A stretch of 52,929 nucleotides of DNA from Candidatus Altiarchaeota archaeon (GTDB lineage: Archaea; Altiarchaeota; Altiarchaeia; IMC4; QMZM01): contig JAUWTD010000003.1 of the NCBI GenBank assembly GCA_030609775.1, forward strand, positions 1 through 52,929, given 5' to 3'. The notes below the pieces were generated by a model, which was given only the letters and a program-made list of their open reading frames with translations, had not been told where the DNA came from and did no database searches. The position numbers were made by a program, and so were the translations under genes. Below, piece after piece: positions 38,807 to 51,914 of the stretch. Position 1 is the first letter of the stretch. The number at the start of each line of letters is the position of its first letter.

Positions 38807-38873
38807 TTAACCTTTAAGAAAGGTTAACCAAAGGACCTATTCTTAACCTTTAAGAAAGGTTAATCAAAGGACC
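38807..38873. repeat. Two direct copies (36-bp period) of a 31-bp unit with a palindromic core TTAACCTTT-AAG-AAAGGTTAA
   Basis: Copies at 38807-38837 and 38843-38873, with one mismatch. Confidence 0.92.
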
Positions 38874-38887
38874 CATCATCGCTTGCG

Positions 38888-38927
38888 TTGCAAGCTCGAT
38901 AGGTCTGTTGCAAGCTCGATAGGTCTG
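38888..38927. repeat. Perfect tandem duplication of 20 bp (TTGCAAGCTCGATAGGTCTG x2)
   Basis: Copies at 38888-38907 and 38908-38927. Confidence 0.95.
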
Positions 38928-39063
38928 AACAATTACGTAAATGGGTGTTGGTTGTGATTGAAGTATCTTCTATCCCTGTTAATGATCCGGCAAGCTTCTA
39001 CTTGTTAATATCTAACATAAGGGAATTGTCGGGTTGATAAATGTAAGACACCTACTGTATTAT

Positions 39064-39129
39064 CCCTTATATTTTATAAATATAGGGTTCCTATATTCTT
39101 ACAGTATTCTTCAGGGAATACTGGGGGGA
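39064..39129 (+). promoter_or_regulatory. Promoter/operator region of the RHH-que operon
   Basis: TATA TTTATAAA (39073-39080) lies inside an inverted repeat. An 8-bp perfect IR CAGTATTC/GAATACTG spans 39102-39123, followed by a G-rich SD-like sequence. Confidence 0.55.
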
Positions 39130-39135
39130 TATTTT

Positions 39136-39312
39136 ATGCCTAAGGTTTGTGTTGAGGTTCCGCAGCATATTTTAGATGATTTAGGTAAACATATCGGGGA
39201 TGATAAAAAGTTTTTGAGTCTCTCTGATGCTGTTAGGACGGCGTGTCGGAAGATGCTGGATATGTTAGATGAGATAGATAAACGGCAGGGTCGGATGGAG
39301 GAAAAAATATGA
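39136..39312 (+). CDS. Ribbon-helix-helix (CopG/MetJ-like) transcriptional regulator
   Basis: MPKVCVEVPQHILDDL...FLSLSDAVRTACRKML fits a beta-alpha-alpha pattern; ATGA overlap with queD. Confidence 0.8.
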   Translation: MPKVCVEVPQHILDDLGKHIGDDKKFLSLSDAVRTACRKMLDMLDEIDKRQGRMEEKI

Positions 39313-39647
39313 AGGTTGGAAGAATATTTTATTTTGATGCAGCGCATTATCTTACCGAGTATAAGGGAAAATGTGAGCGTCTGCATGGGCACACCTACAC
39401 GTTAGAGGTTGTTGTGGAGGACGAGCAGAAAGGGGATGGGATGGTTATTGATTTCAATGAATTAAAAAAGGTTGTTAATGAAGCAATCATCGACAAATTA
39501 GATCACAGCAACATGAATGATTTCTTTGATACACCTACATCCGAGAACATAGCTAAATGGATCTTTGATGAATTAAGTAATCGGTTGCGTATACATTCAG
39601 TTAAGCTTTGGGAAGGCAACGGTAAGTGGGTTAAAATAGAAAAATAA
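39309..39647 (+). CDS. queD: 6-carboxy-5,6,7,8-tetrahydropterin synthase
   Basis: FDAAH, CERLHGHTY, LDH, PTSENIA and LWE. Confidence 0.94.
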   Translation: MKVGRIFYFDAAHYLTEYKGKCERLHGHTYTLEVVVEDEQKGDGMVIDFNELKKVVNEAIIDKLDHSNMNDFFDTPTSENIAKWIFDELSNRLRIHSVKLWEGNGKWVKIEK

Positions 39648-39661
39648 GTAAAACGAGTGAA

Positions 39662-40345
39662 ATGAGTAAATCGGTTTGTCTTCTTTCGGGTGGAATGGAT
39701 TCTGCGGTTTCGTTAGCGATTGCGAAATCAGAGGGTTCACAGGTTTATCCTTTGACGTTCCGGTATGGTCAAAAGAATAGCCTGGAGTTAGATTGTGCTA
39801 AGGATCTGGTAAGACGTTTTGGAATCCGGGACCATAAAATCTTTGAGATAGATCTTAGACAGATAGGATGCTCGGCCTTAACCGATGACTTTGATGTTCC
39901 TGTCGATAAAAGCCTTGAAGAGATTACTGGTGGAAAAGAAATCCCTGTGACCTATGTTCCGGCGAGGAATACAATCTTTCTGTCGGTTGCATTAGGTTAT
40001 GCAGAGGTCATGGGTGCAGATAATATTTTTTTGGGGGTGAATCATCTTGACTCCAGCGGCTACCCTGATTGTAGGCCGGAATACATAAAACGGTTTCAGG
40101 CTCTCTGTGATGTGGCGACAAAAAAGACTGTTGAAGGCGAACCCATAAAAATCAGAGCCCCCCTCCTCTATATGACTAAAACAGATATCATCCGGAGGGG
40201 TATGGAGCTTGATGTTCCCTTTGAGTTAACCTGGAGTTGCTATGAATCAAAAGAGAAAGCGTGCGGTAGATGTGATTCATGTATTCTGAGGCTTGCGGGT
40301 TTTGAGGAAGCGGGTTTAAAGGATCCTATACTATATGAAAAATGA
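39662..40345 (+). CDS. queC: 7-cyano-7-deazaguanine synthase
   Basis: SGGMDS, YVPARN, GYPDCR and WSCY...CGRCDSC. Confidence 0.96.
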   Translation: MSKSVCLLSGGMDSAVSLAIAKSEGSQVYPLTFRYGQKNSLELDCAKDLVRRFGIRDHKIFEIDLRQIGCSALTDDFDVPVDKSLEEITGGKEIPVTYVPARNTIFLSVALGYAEVMGADNIFLGVNHLDSSGYPDCRPEYIKRFQALCDVATKKTVEGEPIKIRAPLLYMTKTDIIRRGMELDVPFELTWSCYESKEKACGRCDSCILRLAGFEEAGLKDPILYEK

Positions 40346-40971
40346 GTTATAATAATTATGATTATAAGATTAATGAAATCTTTGATAGTGTGCAAGGTGA
40401 AGGCCTGTTAGTTGGGAAACCAATGAATTTTATTCGTTTCTGTGAATGCAACCTGTCTTGTAGCTGGTGTGACACCGACTTTGTGGAAGGGGAAGATAAA
40501 TCCATTGATGAAATCTTGGATGCATTAAATCGTAAATGGTCTTGGGTTTCTTTGACTGGCGGAGAACCGATGCTTGAGGAAAATCTTATGGATTTGATTG
40601 ATGTATTACATGAGAATTCATTCAAGGTTCTCTTGGAGACGAATGCAACCATCTATAACGAAGATGTACTGAATGTATCTGATTTTATTTCAGCGGATTT
40701 GAAACCTAAGTCCAGTGGAAATTCTTCTTGGGATTTGCAGGTTATGGAATATTGTTTCCAAAATCCCCAAAAAAGCCAACTGAAGGTTGTAATCCAAGAC
40801 GAAAGAGATTTAGAGTTTTTCTGTGGGATTTATCGGAAAGAGTATGTGAACTGGATTCTTCAACCTGAGTTTGGCTCCCTTAAGGAACTAGATTATGGGA
40901 AAATAATGGAATCAATATCTGGAAACGTACGAATTATTCCCCAGATTCATAAAATAATTGAGGTGAGGTAA
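40342..40971 (+). CDS. queE: 7-carboxy-7-deazaguanine synthase (radical SAM)
   Basis: EIFDSVQGEG, CNLSCSWCDT, LTGGEP, ETN and PQIHK. Confidence 0.93.
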   Translation: MSYNNYDYKINEIFDSVQGEGLLVGKPMNFIRFCECNLSCSWCDTDFVEGEDKSIDEILDALNRKWSWVSLTGGEPMLEENLMDLIDVLHENSFKVLLETNATIYNEDVLNVSDFISADLKPKSSGNSSWDLQVMEYCFQNPQKSQLKVVIQDERDLEFFCGIYRKEYVNWILQPEFGSLKELDYGKIMESISGNVRIIPQIHKIIEVR

Positions 40972-41757
40972 TTGCAGGATAATAAACCTGATGTAAAGGA
41001 AAGCTTGGAAAGGGTTGGGGTGGCAGGACTTAAAACGATTGTCATGACTAACTGGAAGGGTAGGAGATACAATTTTGTACCTGAGATAGACTTAACCTTG
41101 GACCTAGACAAGGAACGAAAGGGGGTGCATATGAGTCGTCTTGTTGAATCTATAACTGAATGCATTGAATGTGAAGTAGTGATAAGGCATGGCTCCTTGG
41201 AGGCGGTGGAAAGAGACATTCTTGATATGTTGCGGAAGCGGCATCCCTTCAATAATGCAGAGATTTCTATGAAAACCGATATCGTGATACCCAAAAAGAC
41301 ACCTGTTACAGAAAAGACTACCATGGAGGCTTATGGTGTAGAGGTTAAGCTCATGTTAGATAAAGGGGAGTATAGGAAGAAATTGAAGGTTAGTGTCGTG
41401 GGGAATACTGTTTGTCCGCATGCGATGAATAATTGTGAGGGGAAAACACACGTTCAGAGGGCGGTAGGGATATTGGAGATAGAAACATCTTATGAAAACG
41501 AAATAGATTTAGAAGACATGGTCGACTGTGTGGAGGATGCTTTTCCTTCAAGGGTCTATACCTTACTAAAGTCAGAGGATGAAAAACACATCATCGAAAA
41601 GATGTTTAAGAATCCTAAATTCGTAGAAGATGTTACACGGGGGATATTAAACAACGCAAAAAAGAGATTCGGGAACGCAAAAGTTAGGGCAAAAACAATC
41701 TCGGAGGAATCAATCCACCGGCACAATGTTGTAGCAGAGGGTTCATGTGATGTATAG
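40972..41757 (+). CDS. GTP cyclohydrolase, FolE2/MptA family
   Basis: MQD (TTG start with SD GAGGTGA), KGVHMSRL, CPH, HVQR, NPKFVED and EESIHRH. Confidence 0.9.
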   Translation: MQDNKPDVKESLERVGVAGLKTIVMTNWKGRRYNFVPEIDLTLDLDKERKGVHMSRLVESITECIECEVVIRHGSLEAVERDILDMLRKRHPFNNAEISMKTDIVIPKKTPVTEKTTMEAYGVEVKLMLDKGEYRKKLKVSVVGNTVCPHAMNNCEGKTHVQRAVGILEIETSYENEIDLEDMVDCVEDAFPSRVYTLLKSEDEKHIIEKMFKNPKFVEDVTRGILNNAKKRFGNAKVRAKTISEESIHRHNVVAEGSCDV

Positions 41758-41799
41758 GCCGGCATTATTTTAATGTCTGGAATCTAAGTAATTGACGCA

Positions 41800-42558
41800 A
41801 TGATAGGTAAAAAAATTCGGATGGAGCGGATATTTGATCGTAAGTCAAAGAAGACTGTGATTGTTCCAATGGATCATGGTGTTTCGGTGGGTCCGATTTC
41901 TGGTTTAGAGAATATGGTTGAGACCATAGGTGACATTGCCGAAGGTGGAGCAGATGCAGTGCTTATGCATAAAGGTATTGTAGGGGCTGGTCATCGAGGA
42001 TATGGTAAAGATATCGGGTTAATAATTCATTTATCTGGTGGAACGGTGCTTGCGCCAGACCCTAACACGAAGGTTCAGGTAACCTCTGTAAAGGAGGCAA
42101 TAAGGTTGGGGGCAGATGCTGTATCTGTTCACGTAAATGTTGGGGCGGAGAATGAATCAGATATGCTTCAGGATCTAGGGATGCTCTCAGAGGAATGTAA
42201 AGAATATGGTCTTCCCTTGTTGGCTATGATGTATGCAAGAGGGGGTCGGATAAAAAGTGAACACGACGTAAAATATATAAAGCATGTGGCAAGGATAGGG
42301 GCAGAATTAGGTGCAGATATCATAAAAACAGTTTATACTGGGGATAAGAAAAGCTTCAAGGAAGTAATAGACGGCTGTCCGGTGCCTGTTGTTATTGCAG
42401 GTGGACCAAAAATAAAGAATGATGCCGACCTATTCAAGATGATAGAAGATGCAATGGATTGCGGTGCAGCCGGTGTATCCATAGGGCGGAATATATTTCA
42501 GGCAGATGATAGGGTTGCGGTGACACAGAAGATTCGCAAGATCGTTCACGGAAACTGA
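41800..42558 (+). CDS. 2-amino-3,7-dideoxy-D-threo-hept-6-ulosonate synthase (class I DhnA-type aldolase, AroA')
   Basis: [38 protein letters not shown] and IAGGPK. Confidence 0.85.
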   Translation: MIGKKIRMERIFDRKSKKTVIVPMDHGVSVGPISGLENMVETIGDIAEGGADAVLMHKGIVGAGHRGYGKDIGLIIHLSGGTVLAPDPNTKVQVTSVKEAIRLGADAVSVHVNVGAENESDMLQDLGMLSEECKEYGLPLLAMMYARGGRIKSEHDVKYIKHVARIGAELGADIIKTVYTGDKKSFKEVIDGCPVPVVIAGGPKIKNDADLFKMIEDAMDCGAAGVSIGRNIFQADDRVAVTQKIRKIVHGN

Positions 42559-42609
42559 TGTAATTTAATCATTGAATTCTTAGATATAGTATCTATTCAT
42601 AAAAGCAAG

Positions 42610-43542
42610 ATGACTATTGGAAAATCTGATATAGGGAAATCCGGAGACAGGGGTCCACGAGAGTTTAAATCACATCATGTGGAAAAGGATGGGAATGTGA
42701 TGCTTTTCGCAGAAAAAAACGTGATTACCACACATGCGTTGAATTCAATAAAGAATGTTGCAAAGCTTATGAAGGAAAATGACTTTAGGCGAATCCCTGT
42801 CACTGATGCTGGAACAAACCGGCTTGACGGAATGGCAATAGCAATAGACATACTTGACTTCCTAGGTGGGGGGGAAAAATATAATATAATAACAAAAGAT
42901 TATGGTGGGAATTTTTTATCAGCGATAAACTGTCCGATAACCAAGATAATGAATCCTGATCCTTGTTTTGTAGACAAGAAGGCATCAATTGATGATGTTA
43001 TAGATGTAATGATTAAGAAAAAGACCTCTGCTATACCTATACTCGAAGACAAAGATACGCGGGAGGTCATTGGGATAGTCACAGAAAGAGATGTTCTACC
43101 TGCTGCGGGTAACCTAGGTATTCCTGTAAGGGATGCGATGAGTAAGAAATGCATAACCTCCAGTCTTGGCATGATGATTTCAGATGTCTCCAAGATAATG
43201 GTAAGGAACAGGCTTAGGAGGCTGCCTGTAATACTGGATGATGAGTTAAAGGGTATTGTAACTGTATTTGATGTCTTAAGATTTCTTGGTCACGGGGAAT
43301 TCAGGGGCATAAATGCAGAGGAGGTTTTAAGCAAAACCCGGGTAGAAGACATAATGGAGGAAAAAGTGATTACATTAAAGCCAGAAGACGATCTTGCAAT
43401 TATACCAAAAATGGTTAAAGAAACAGGGGTCGGAGGCTTTCTTGTTGTCGATGAAGGGAGAATAGAGGGTATAGTGACAACAAGTGATGTGATAAAATGT
43501 GTCTATCATGAAAAAAAGCAGGGAGGTTTAAGGATAAAATAA
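42610..43542 (+). CDS. Four-CBS-domain protein
   Basis: FRRIPVTD...DILDFLGGG, IVTERDV, RRLPVI and GIVTTSD. Confidence 0.88.
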   Translation: MTIGKSDIGKSGDRGPREFKSHHVEKDGNVMLFAEKNVITTHALNSIKNVAKLMKENDFRRIPVTDAGTNRLDGMAIAIDILDFLGGGEKYNIITKDYGGNFLSAINCPITKIMNPDPCFVDKKASIDDVIDVMIKKKTSAIPILEDKDTREVIGIVTERDVLPAAGNLGIPVRDAMSKKCITSSLGMMISDVSKIMVRNRLRRLPVILDDELKGIVTVFDVLRFLGHGEFRGINAEEVLSKTRVEDIMEEKVITLKPEDDLAIIPKMVKETGVGGFLVVDEGRIEGIVTTSDVIKCVYHEKKQGGLRIK

Positions 43543-43598
43543 CCTTATTTTTAAAGAAAAACATCGATATATTTAGTCACAGTAAGTTACTGCTTTCT

Positions 43599-43832
43599 TT
43601 GGAGTTGAAATTGAATAATAAGCTTGTACCAAAACATGAGATCATGGATGAAAAAGATGTTGAAAAGATGCTTGGGTTATATAATATTACCTGTAATGAG
43701 TTGCCAAGGATCAAAAAAGACGACCCCGCTCTAAAGGAACATGATCCTGCTGGGGGGGATGTGATAAAGATAACAAGAAAAAGTCAGTCCGCAGGGACTT
43801 CTTTTTATTATAGGATTGTAATTGATGGGTGA
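43599..43832 (+). CDS. rpoH: RNA polymerase subunit H (Rpo5)
   Basis: LVPKHEI, LPRIKKDDP and GDVIKITRKSQSAG..YYRIV. Confidence 0.95.
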   Translation: MELKLNNKLVPKHEIMDEKDVEKMLGLYNITCNELPRIKKDDPALKEHDPAGGDVIKITRKSQSAGTSFYYRIVIDG

Positions 43833-46800
43833 TATCTTGATTCGTATAAAAGATTTTATCAAAACAGAGGACTTAATTAACTTCCAGATAGATTCTTTCA
43901 ACCGGCTAATTGAAGGTGGCCTCCAGGAAGTGATTGATGAAAGAGGCGAAATAGAGGTTGATATAGATGACTACACACTTGAGTTGGATAAGATAAAGTT
44001 GGGTGTGCCTGTGGTTAATGAATCCGGGCAGAGTCCGGAAAGCCGGCTTCCCTTTGAGTGTTCGCTGAGGAATCTGACATATTCTTCGCCAATACTTTTA
44101 ACATTTATTGAAAACGGCGAGCCTGTTGAAGTAGAGATTGGTCACCTGCCGATAATGCTTAGGTCTACTGGTTGCGTGCTTCACGGTCTCTCTGATGAAG
44201 AACTCATCAAAAACAGGGAAGATCCGTTGGATCTGGGGGGCTATTTTATTATAAACGGAACCGAAAGATCATTGATAATTGTAGAAGATCTTGCTCCGAA
44301 CAGGATAGTTACAACAAAGGAAACTCTCGTAGGGAAAGAGGTGATAGTCGGGAAAGTGTTCTCGGTGAGGCAGGGTTTCAGGTCTAGGGTAACTGTTGAG
44401 AGGGTGGAGACTGGAAGCACAGGGACACTGTTTGTTACGTTTCCGGGTATACCTAACAAGATCCAGTTAACAATACTTATGAAGGCTCTTGGATTAAACG
44501 ATGATGAAATCCTTGATCTCTTTGATGATGCGGAATCAAAACTTGAGATTCTACTCAACCTAGAGATGAAGAGTATGTCCGGGGAGGAGGCCTTTGAATA
44601 TCTCGGTAAGAGGGCTGGTGCAGGGCACGCCAAACAATATCAGGCTACAAGGGCTAATCAGGTCATAAATAATTTCCTTTTACCTCATATAGGGAACACT
44701 GAGGATGACCGAAAGACAAAGAGTATCTATCTTGGCATTATGGCAAGAAAGGTTTTGGAACTTGCTTTCGGGAGAAGAGAGCAGGAAGACAAAGACCACT
44801 ACTCGAACAAAAGGTTAAGGCTTTCTGGTGACCTAATGCAGGAACTGTTCAGGGTTAGTTTCAATAAAATTGCAAGGGATATAAAATATCAGCTTGAAAA
44901 ACAAAATGCAAGGCATCGGCAGGTTAACATCAAGACTGCTGTAAGAAGTAATAATCTGACAGAGAGTATCTGTTATGCACTTGCCACTGGAAACTGGACT
45001 GGTGGAAGAAGTGGTGTGAGTCAAGTTCTAGACCGAACAAATTATCTAAGTTCAATTGCTCACAGGAGGAGGGTTTCATCTCTTCTAAGCCGGAGTCATC
45101 CTCACTTTGAGGCAAGGGATCTCCATGCAACACAATGGTCAAGGATATGTCCCAATGAGACACCTGAGGGGCAGAACTGTGGTCTCGTAAAAAACCTTGC
45201 GGTGGGTGCGCGGATATCATATGATGTAGATGAAAAACATATTCTTGAATATCTCTATGAATTCGGTGTCTCAGATATGAAGGGTAAAAATGAGGTCTAT
45301 GTCAACTTAAACGGTAGGTTGGTTGGGAGACATACTCAGCCTGAGCTTCTCGTACAGAGGTTGAGGAAGCTCAGACGTGAAGGACATATAGATTTGACTA
45401 TATCCATAAACTATAGAGAAGAAAACAACGAAATACAAATGTACACTGACAAGGGCAGGGTTCTTAGGCCTGTAATTGTTATTGATCAAGGAAAATCAAA
45501 ACTAACAAAAAATCATATTGAAGATCTATCCGAAGGGAAAATCTCATGGGATGACATAATCGGAGAAGGTATTGTGGAGTATATTGATGCAGAAGAAGAG
45601 GAAAATGCAGTAATTGCAATACGTCCAGAACTCATAGAAGAATATCATACTCACTGTGAGGTTACGCCTGCACTTATATTGGGTGTTGCTGCAAGTTTTG
45701 CTCCCTTTCCCGAGCACAATTCATCACCTAGGGTTACAATGGCAGCTGCCATGGCAAAACAGTCGCTTGGGACATATGCATCAAATTATAAGGTTAGGTT
45801 TGATAGCCGGAGTAATATACTGCATTATCCCCAGGGTCCTATGGTGAGAACAGATATAACTGACAGCATTAGTTATGGGGATAGGCCTGCAGGCCAGAAT
45901 TTTATCGTAGCCATAATGAGTTTTGAAGGCTACAATATGGAGGATGCGCTTGTCATAAACAAGAGTTCGATTGAGAGGGGTCTTGGAAGATCAACGTTTT
46001 ATCGAACCTATGTTGCAGAGGAGAGAGGTTATCCTTCTGGGCAGAAGGATCAGTTCGAGAAACCTGATGAGGGTGTGGAAGGTTATCAATCAGAGGAAAC
46101 ATATGTGCAGATAGGTGATGATGGGTTGATATTCCCTGAAACCTATGTCGATACAGATGAAGTATTGATTGGGAAGACCTCTCCTCCACGGTTTCTGGAG
46201 GAGATTGGACCATATGGAATAGTTGAAGAGAAGAGAAGAGAAAGTTCAACGACAGTTCGGCACATGGAATCTGGTACAGTTGACTGTGTTATCTTATCAG
46301 AGACACTGGAAAAGAATAAGCTGGTTAAGGTCAGGGTGAGAAGCCAAAGGATTCCTGAGTTAGGTGATAAATTTTCGTCCAGACACGGGCAGAAGGGTGT
46401 TTTAGGGTTGCTGGTTTCCCATGAGAATATGCCGTTCACCAAGGATGGTGTAGTTCCGGATCTTATTATAAATCCGCATGCGATTCCGTCCAGGATGACT
46501 ATAGGACACGTTCTGGAGATGATAGGTGGGAAAGCAACCGCTTTAACTGGAAAGATAACAAATGCAACAGCATTTGACAACGATGATGAAGAAGACCTTA
46601 GGTCTGCACTAGAGAAATCTGGTTTCGATAATACTGGAAAAGAGGTTATGTATGATGGTACGTCGGGCAAAAGATATGATGCAGAAATCTTTATTGGGGC
46701 AATCTTCTATCAGAAATTGCATCATATGGTGTCAAATAAAATACATGCAAGAAGCCGCGGTCCGGTGCAGATGCTGACGAGGCAGCCTACGGAAGGCAGG

Positions 46801-47097
46801 GCAAGGGAAGGAGGTCTCAGGTTCGGTGAGATGGAGAGAGATTGTTTGATAGCTCATGGTGCTTCAATGATGCTAAAAGACCGGTTGCTTGATGAATCCG
46901 ATAAAGTGGTTGTTCCAGTGTGTGCAAAATGCGGTCTCGTTGCGATAAGGGATCTGGAAAAAGAACAGACGTATTGTCCAATATGCGGTGAAGTGGAAAT
47001 ACATCGAGTAGAGATGGCATACGCGTTTAAGCTGTTGTTGAATGAACTTATGGGTATGTGTATTTATCCAAAACTACGGCTCACTGACCGGGCTTAA
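43825..47097 (+). CDS. rpoB: RNA polymerase subunit B (Rpo2), unsplit
   Basis: GGYFIINGTER, ETPEGQNCGLVKNL, GDKFSSRHGQKG and GGLRFGEMERD in a single ORF. Confidence 0.97.
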   Translation: MGDILIRIKDFIKTEDLINFQIDSFNRLIEGGLQEVIDERGEIEVDIDDYTLELDKIKLGVPVVNESGQSPESRLPFECSLRNLTYSSPILLTFIENGEPVEVEIGHLPIMLRSTGCVLHGLSDEELIKNREDPLDLGGYFIINGTERSLIIVEDLAPNRIVTTKETLVGKEVIVGKVFSVRQGFRSRVTVERVETGSTGTLFVTFPGIPNKIQLTILMKALGLNDDEILDLFDDAESKLEILLNLEMKSMSGEEAFEYLGKRAGAGHAKQYQATRANQVINNFLLPHIGNTEDDRKTKSIYLGIMARKVLELAFGRREQEDKDHYSNKRLRLSGDLMQELFRVSFNKIARDIKYQLEKQNARHRQVNIKTAVRSNNLTESICYALATGNWTGGRSGVSQVLDRTNYLSSIAHRRRVSSLLSRSHPHFEARDLHATQWSRICPNETPEGQNCGLVKNLAVGARISYDVDEKHILEYLYEFGVSDMKGKNEVYVNLNGRLVGRHTQPELLVQRLRKLRREGHIDLTISINYREENNEIQMYTDKGRVLRPVIVIDQGKSKLTKNHIEDLSEGKISWDDIIGEGIVEYIDAEEEENAVIAIRPELIEEYHTHCEVTPALILGVAASFAPFPEHNSSPRVTMAAAMAKQSLGTYASNYKVRFDSRSNILHYPQGPMVRTDITDSISYGDRPAGQNFIVAIMSFEGYNMEDALVINKSSIERGLGRSTFYRTYVAEERGYPSGQKDQFEKPDEGVEGYQSEETYVQIGDDGLIFPETYVDTDEVLIGKTSPPRFLEEIGPYGIVEEKRRESSTTVRHMESGTVDCVILSETLEKNKLVKVRVRSQRIPELGDKFSSRHGQKGVLGLLVSHENMPFTKDGVVPDLIINPHAIPSRMTIGHVLEMIGGKATALTGKITNATAFDNDDEEDLRSALEKSGFDNTGKEVMYDGTSGKRYDAEIFIGAIFYQKLHHMVSNKIHARSRGPVQMLTRQPTEGRAREGGLRFGEMERDCLIAHGASMMLKDRLLDESDKVVVPVCAKCGLVAIRDLEKEQTYCPICGEVEIHRVEMAYAFKLLLNELMGMCIYPKLRLTDRA

Positions 47098-47119
47098 AAA
47101 TAACGTTAATTGATATAAA

Positions 47120-50958
<3,839 letters not shown>

Positions 50959-50959
50959 A

Positions 50960-51391
50960 ATGGGAAAAATAAGGCTTGGAATAGAAGAAATAAAGTATAT
51001 GAATCTTTTTGAAACATTAACTGGTGCCCGGATTAAAGATTGTGTACAGATTCAGAATGCTATGGGCTTCCTGGTGACTGAGGGGGATATGGGACTTGCT
51101 ATTGGAAAAAATGGTTCCAACATAGAAAAAGTTCGTCAGGTTATCGGAAAAAGCGTTTTTGTAATGGAGTTTTCAGAAAGTCCAAACAATTTCATCAAGA
51201 ATCTGTTCCATCCTGTAAGAGTGAGACAGGTAAGGATTCACGAACTCCGCAATGAAAAGGTAGCAGACATAGACGTAGATAAAAGGGACCGGAAAAGAGC
51301 TATTGGGCAGGAAGGTACCCGGATAAAAATCGCAAAAGAGATGTCGAAGAGACACTATGATATCCACAATATAAACATCAAAGTTGTATAG
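50960..51391 (+). CDS. nusA: Archaeal NusA (KH domains)
   Basis: [24 protein letters not shown] and AIGQEG; start at ATG 50960. Confidence 0.94.
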   Translation: MGKIRLGIEEIKYMNLFETLTGARIKDCVQIQNAMGFLVTEGDMGLAIGKNGSNIEKVRQVIGKSVFVMEFSESPNNFIKNLFHPVRVRQVRIHELRNEKVADIDVDKRDRKRAIGQEGTRIKIAKEMSKRHYDIHNINIKVV

Positions 51392-51405
51392 TATATAATC
51401 TAAAA

Positions 51406-51834
51406 ATGGGAAGAGGAGAATTTGCAGGTAAAAAACTTAGTGATAAGCGGCGTAAGTTTAAATGGAAGAAGATAGATTATGCTAGAAGAGTTCTTAGACT
51501 GAAGCAGAAGCACGATCCCCTGGAGGGTGCCCCTCAAGCAAAAGGGATAGTGTTGGAGAAAGTAGGTATAGAGGCAAAACAGCCCAATTCTGCAATAAGG
51601 AAATGTGTAAGAGTTCAATTACTCAAGAATGGTCGGCAGATTACTGCATTCTGTCCTGGAGACAAGGCAGTAACCTTCATTGATGAACATGATGAAGTGA
51701 CTATTGAGGGTATAGGTGGAAGAAAAGGCAGATCTATGGGTGACATCGGCGGTGTACGGTATAAGGTTATAGCAGTCAATGATCTATCCTTGAATGAATT
51801 ATGGCACCATAGGAAAGAGAAACCGCAGAGATAA
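51406..51834 (+). CDS. rps12: 30S ribosomal protein S12 (uS12)
   Basis: [15 protein letters not shown] and archaeal-type N-terminus. Confidence 0.97.
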   Translation: MGRGEFAGKKLSDKRRKFKWKKIDYARRVLRLKQKHDPLEGAPQAKGIVLEKVGIEAKQPNSAIRKCVRVQLLKNGRQITAFCPGDKAVTFIDEHDEVTIEGIGGRKGRSMGDIGGVRYKVIAVNDLSLNELWHHRKEKPQR

Positions 51835-51914
51835 ATCAAGAAGAGTCTTTATTAATATTTCTCTTTTTCCATATTATTACTCTCTATGTTTTTGATTATT
51901 AACAAAAAAATAAA

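Noticed and set aside
38807-38927. Mini CRISPR array to go with Cas4
   Set aside because: Each repeat has only two copies, separated by 5 nt or 0 nt, so there are no spacer-sized unique segments and no cas1/cas2.
38721-41757. Integrated element or dpd DNA 7-deazaguanine modification island at tRNA-iMet
   Set aside because: No integrase, no duplicated tRNA 3' end seen and no dpdA/TGT-like gene. The flanking genes are housekeeping, so archaeosine precursor synthesis is the simpler explanation.
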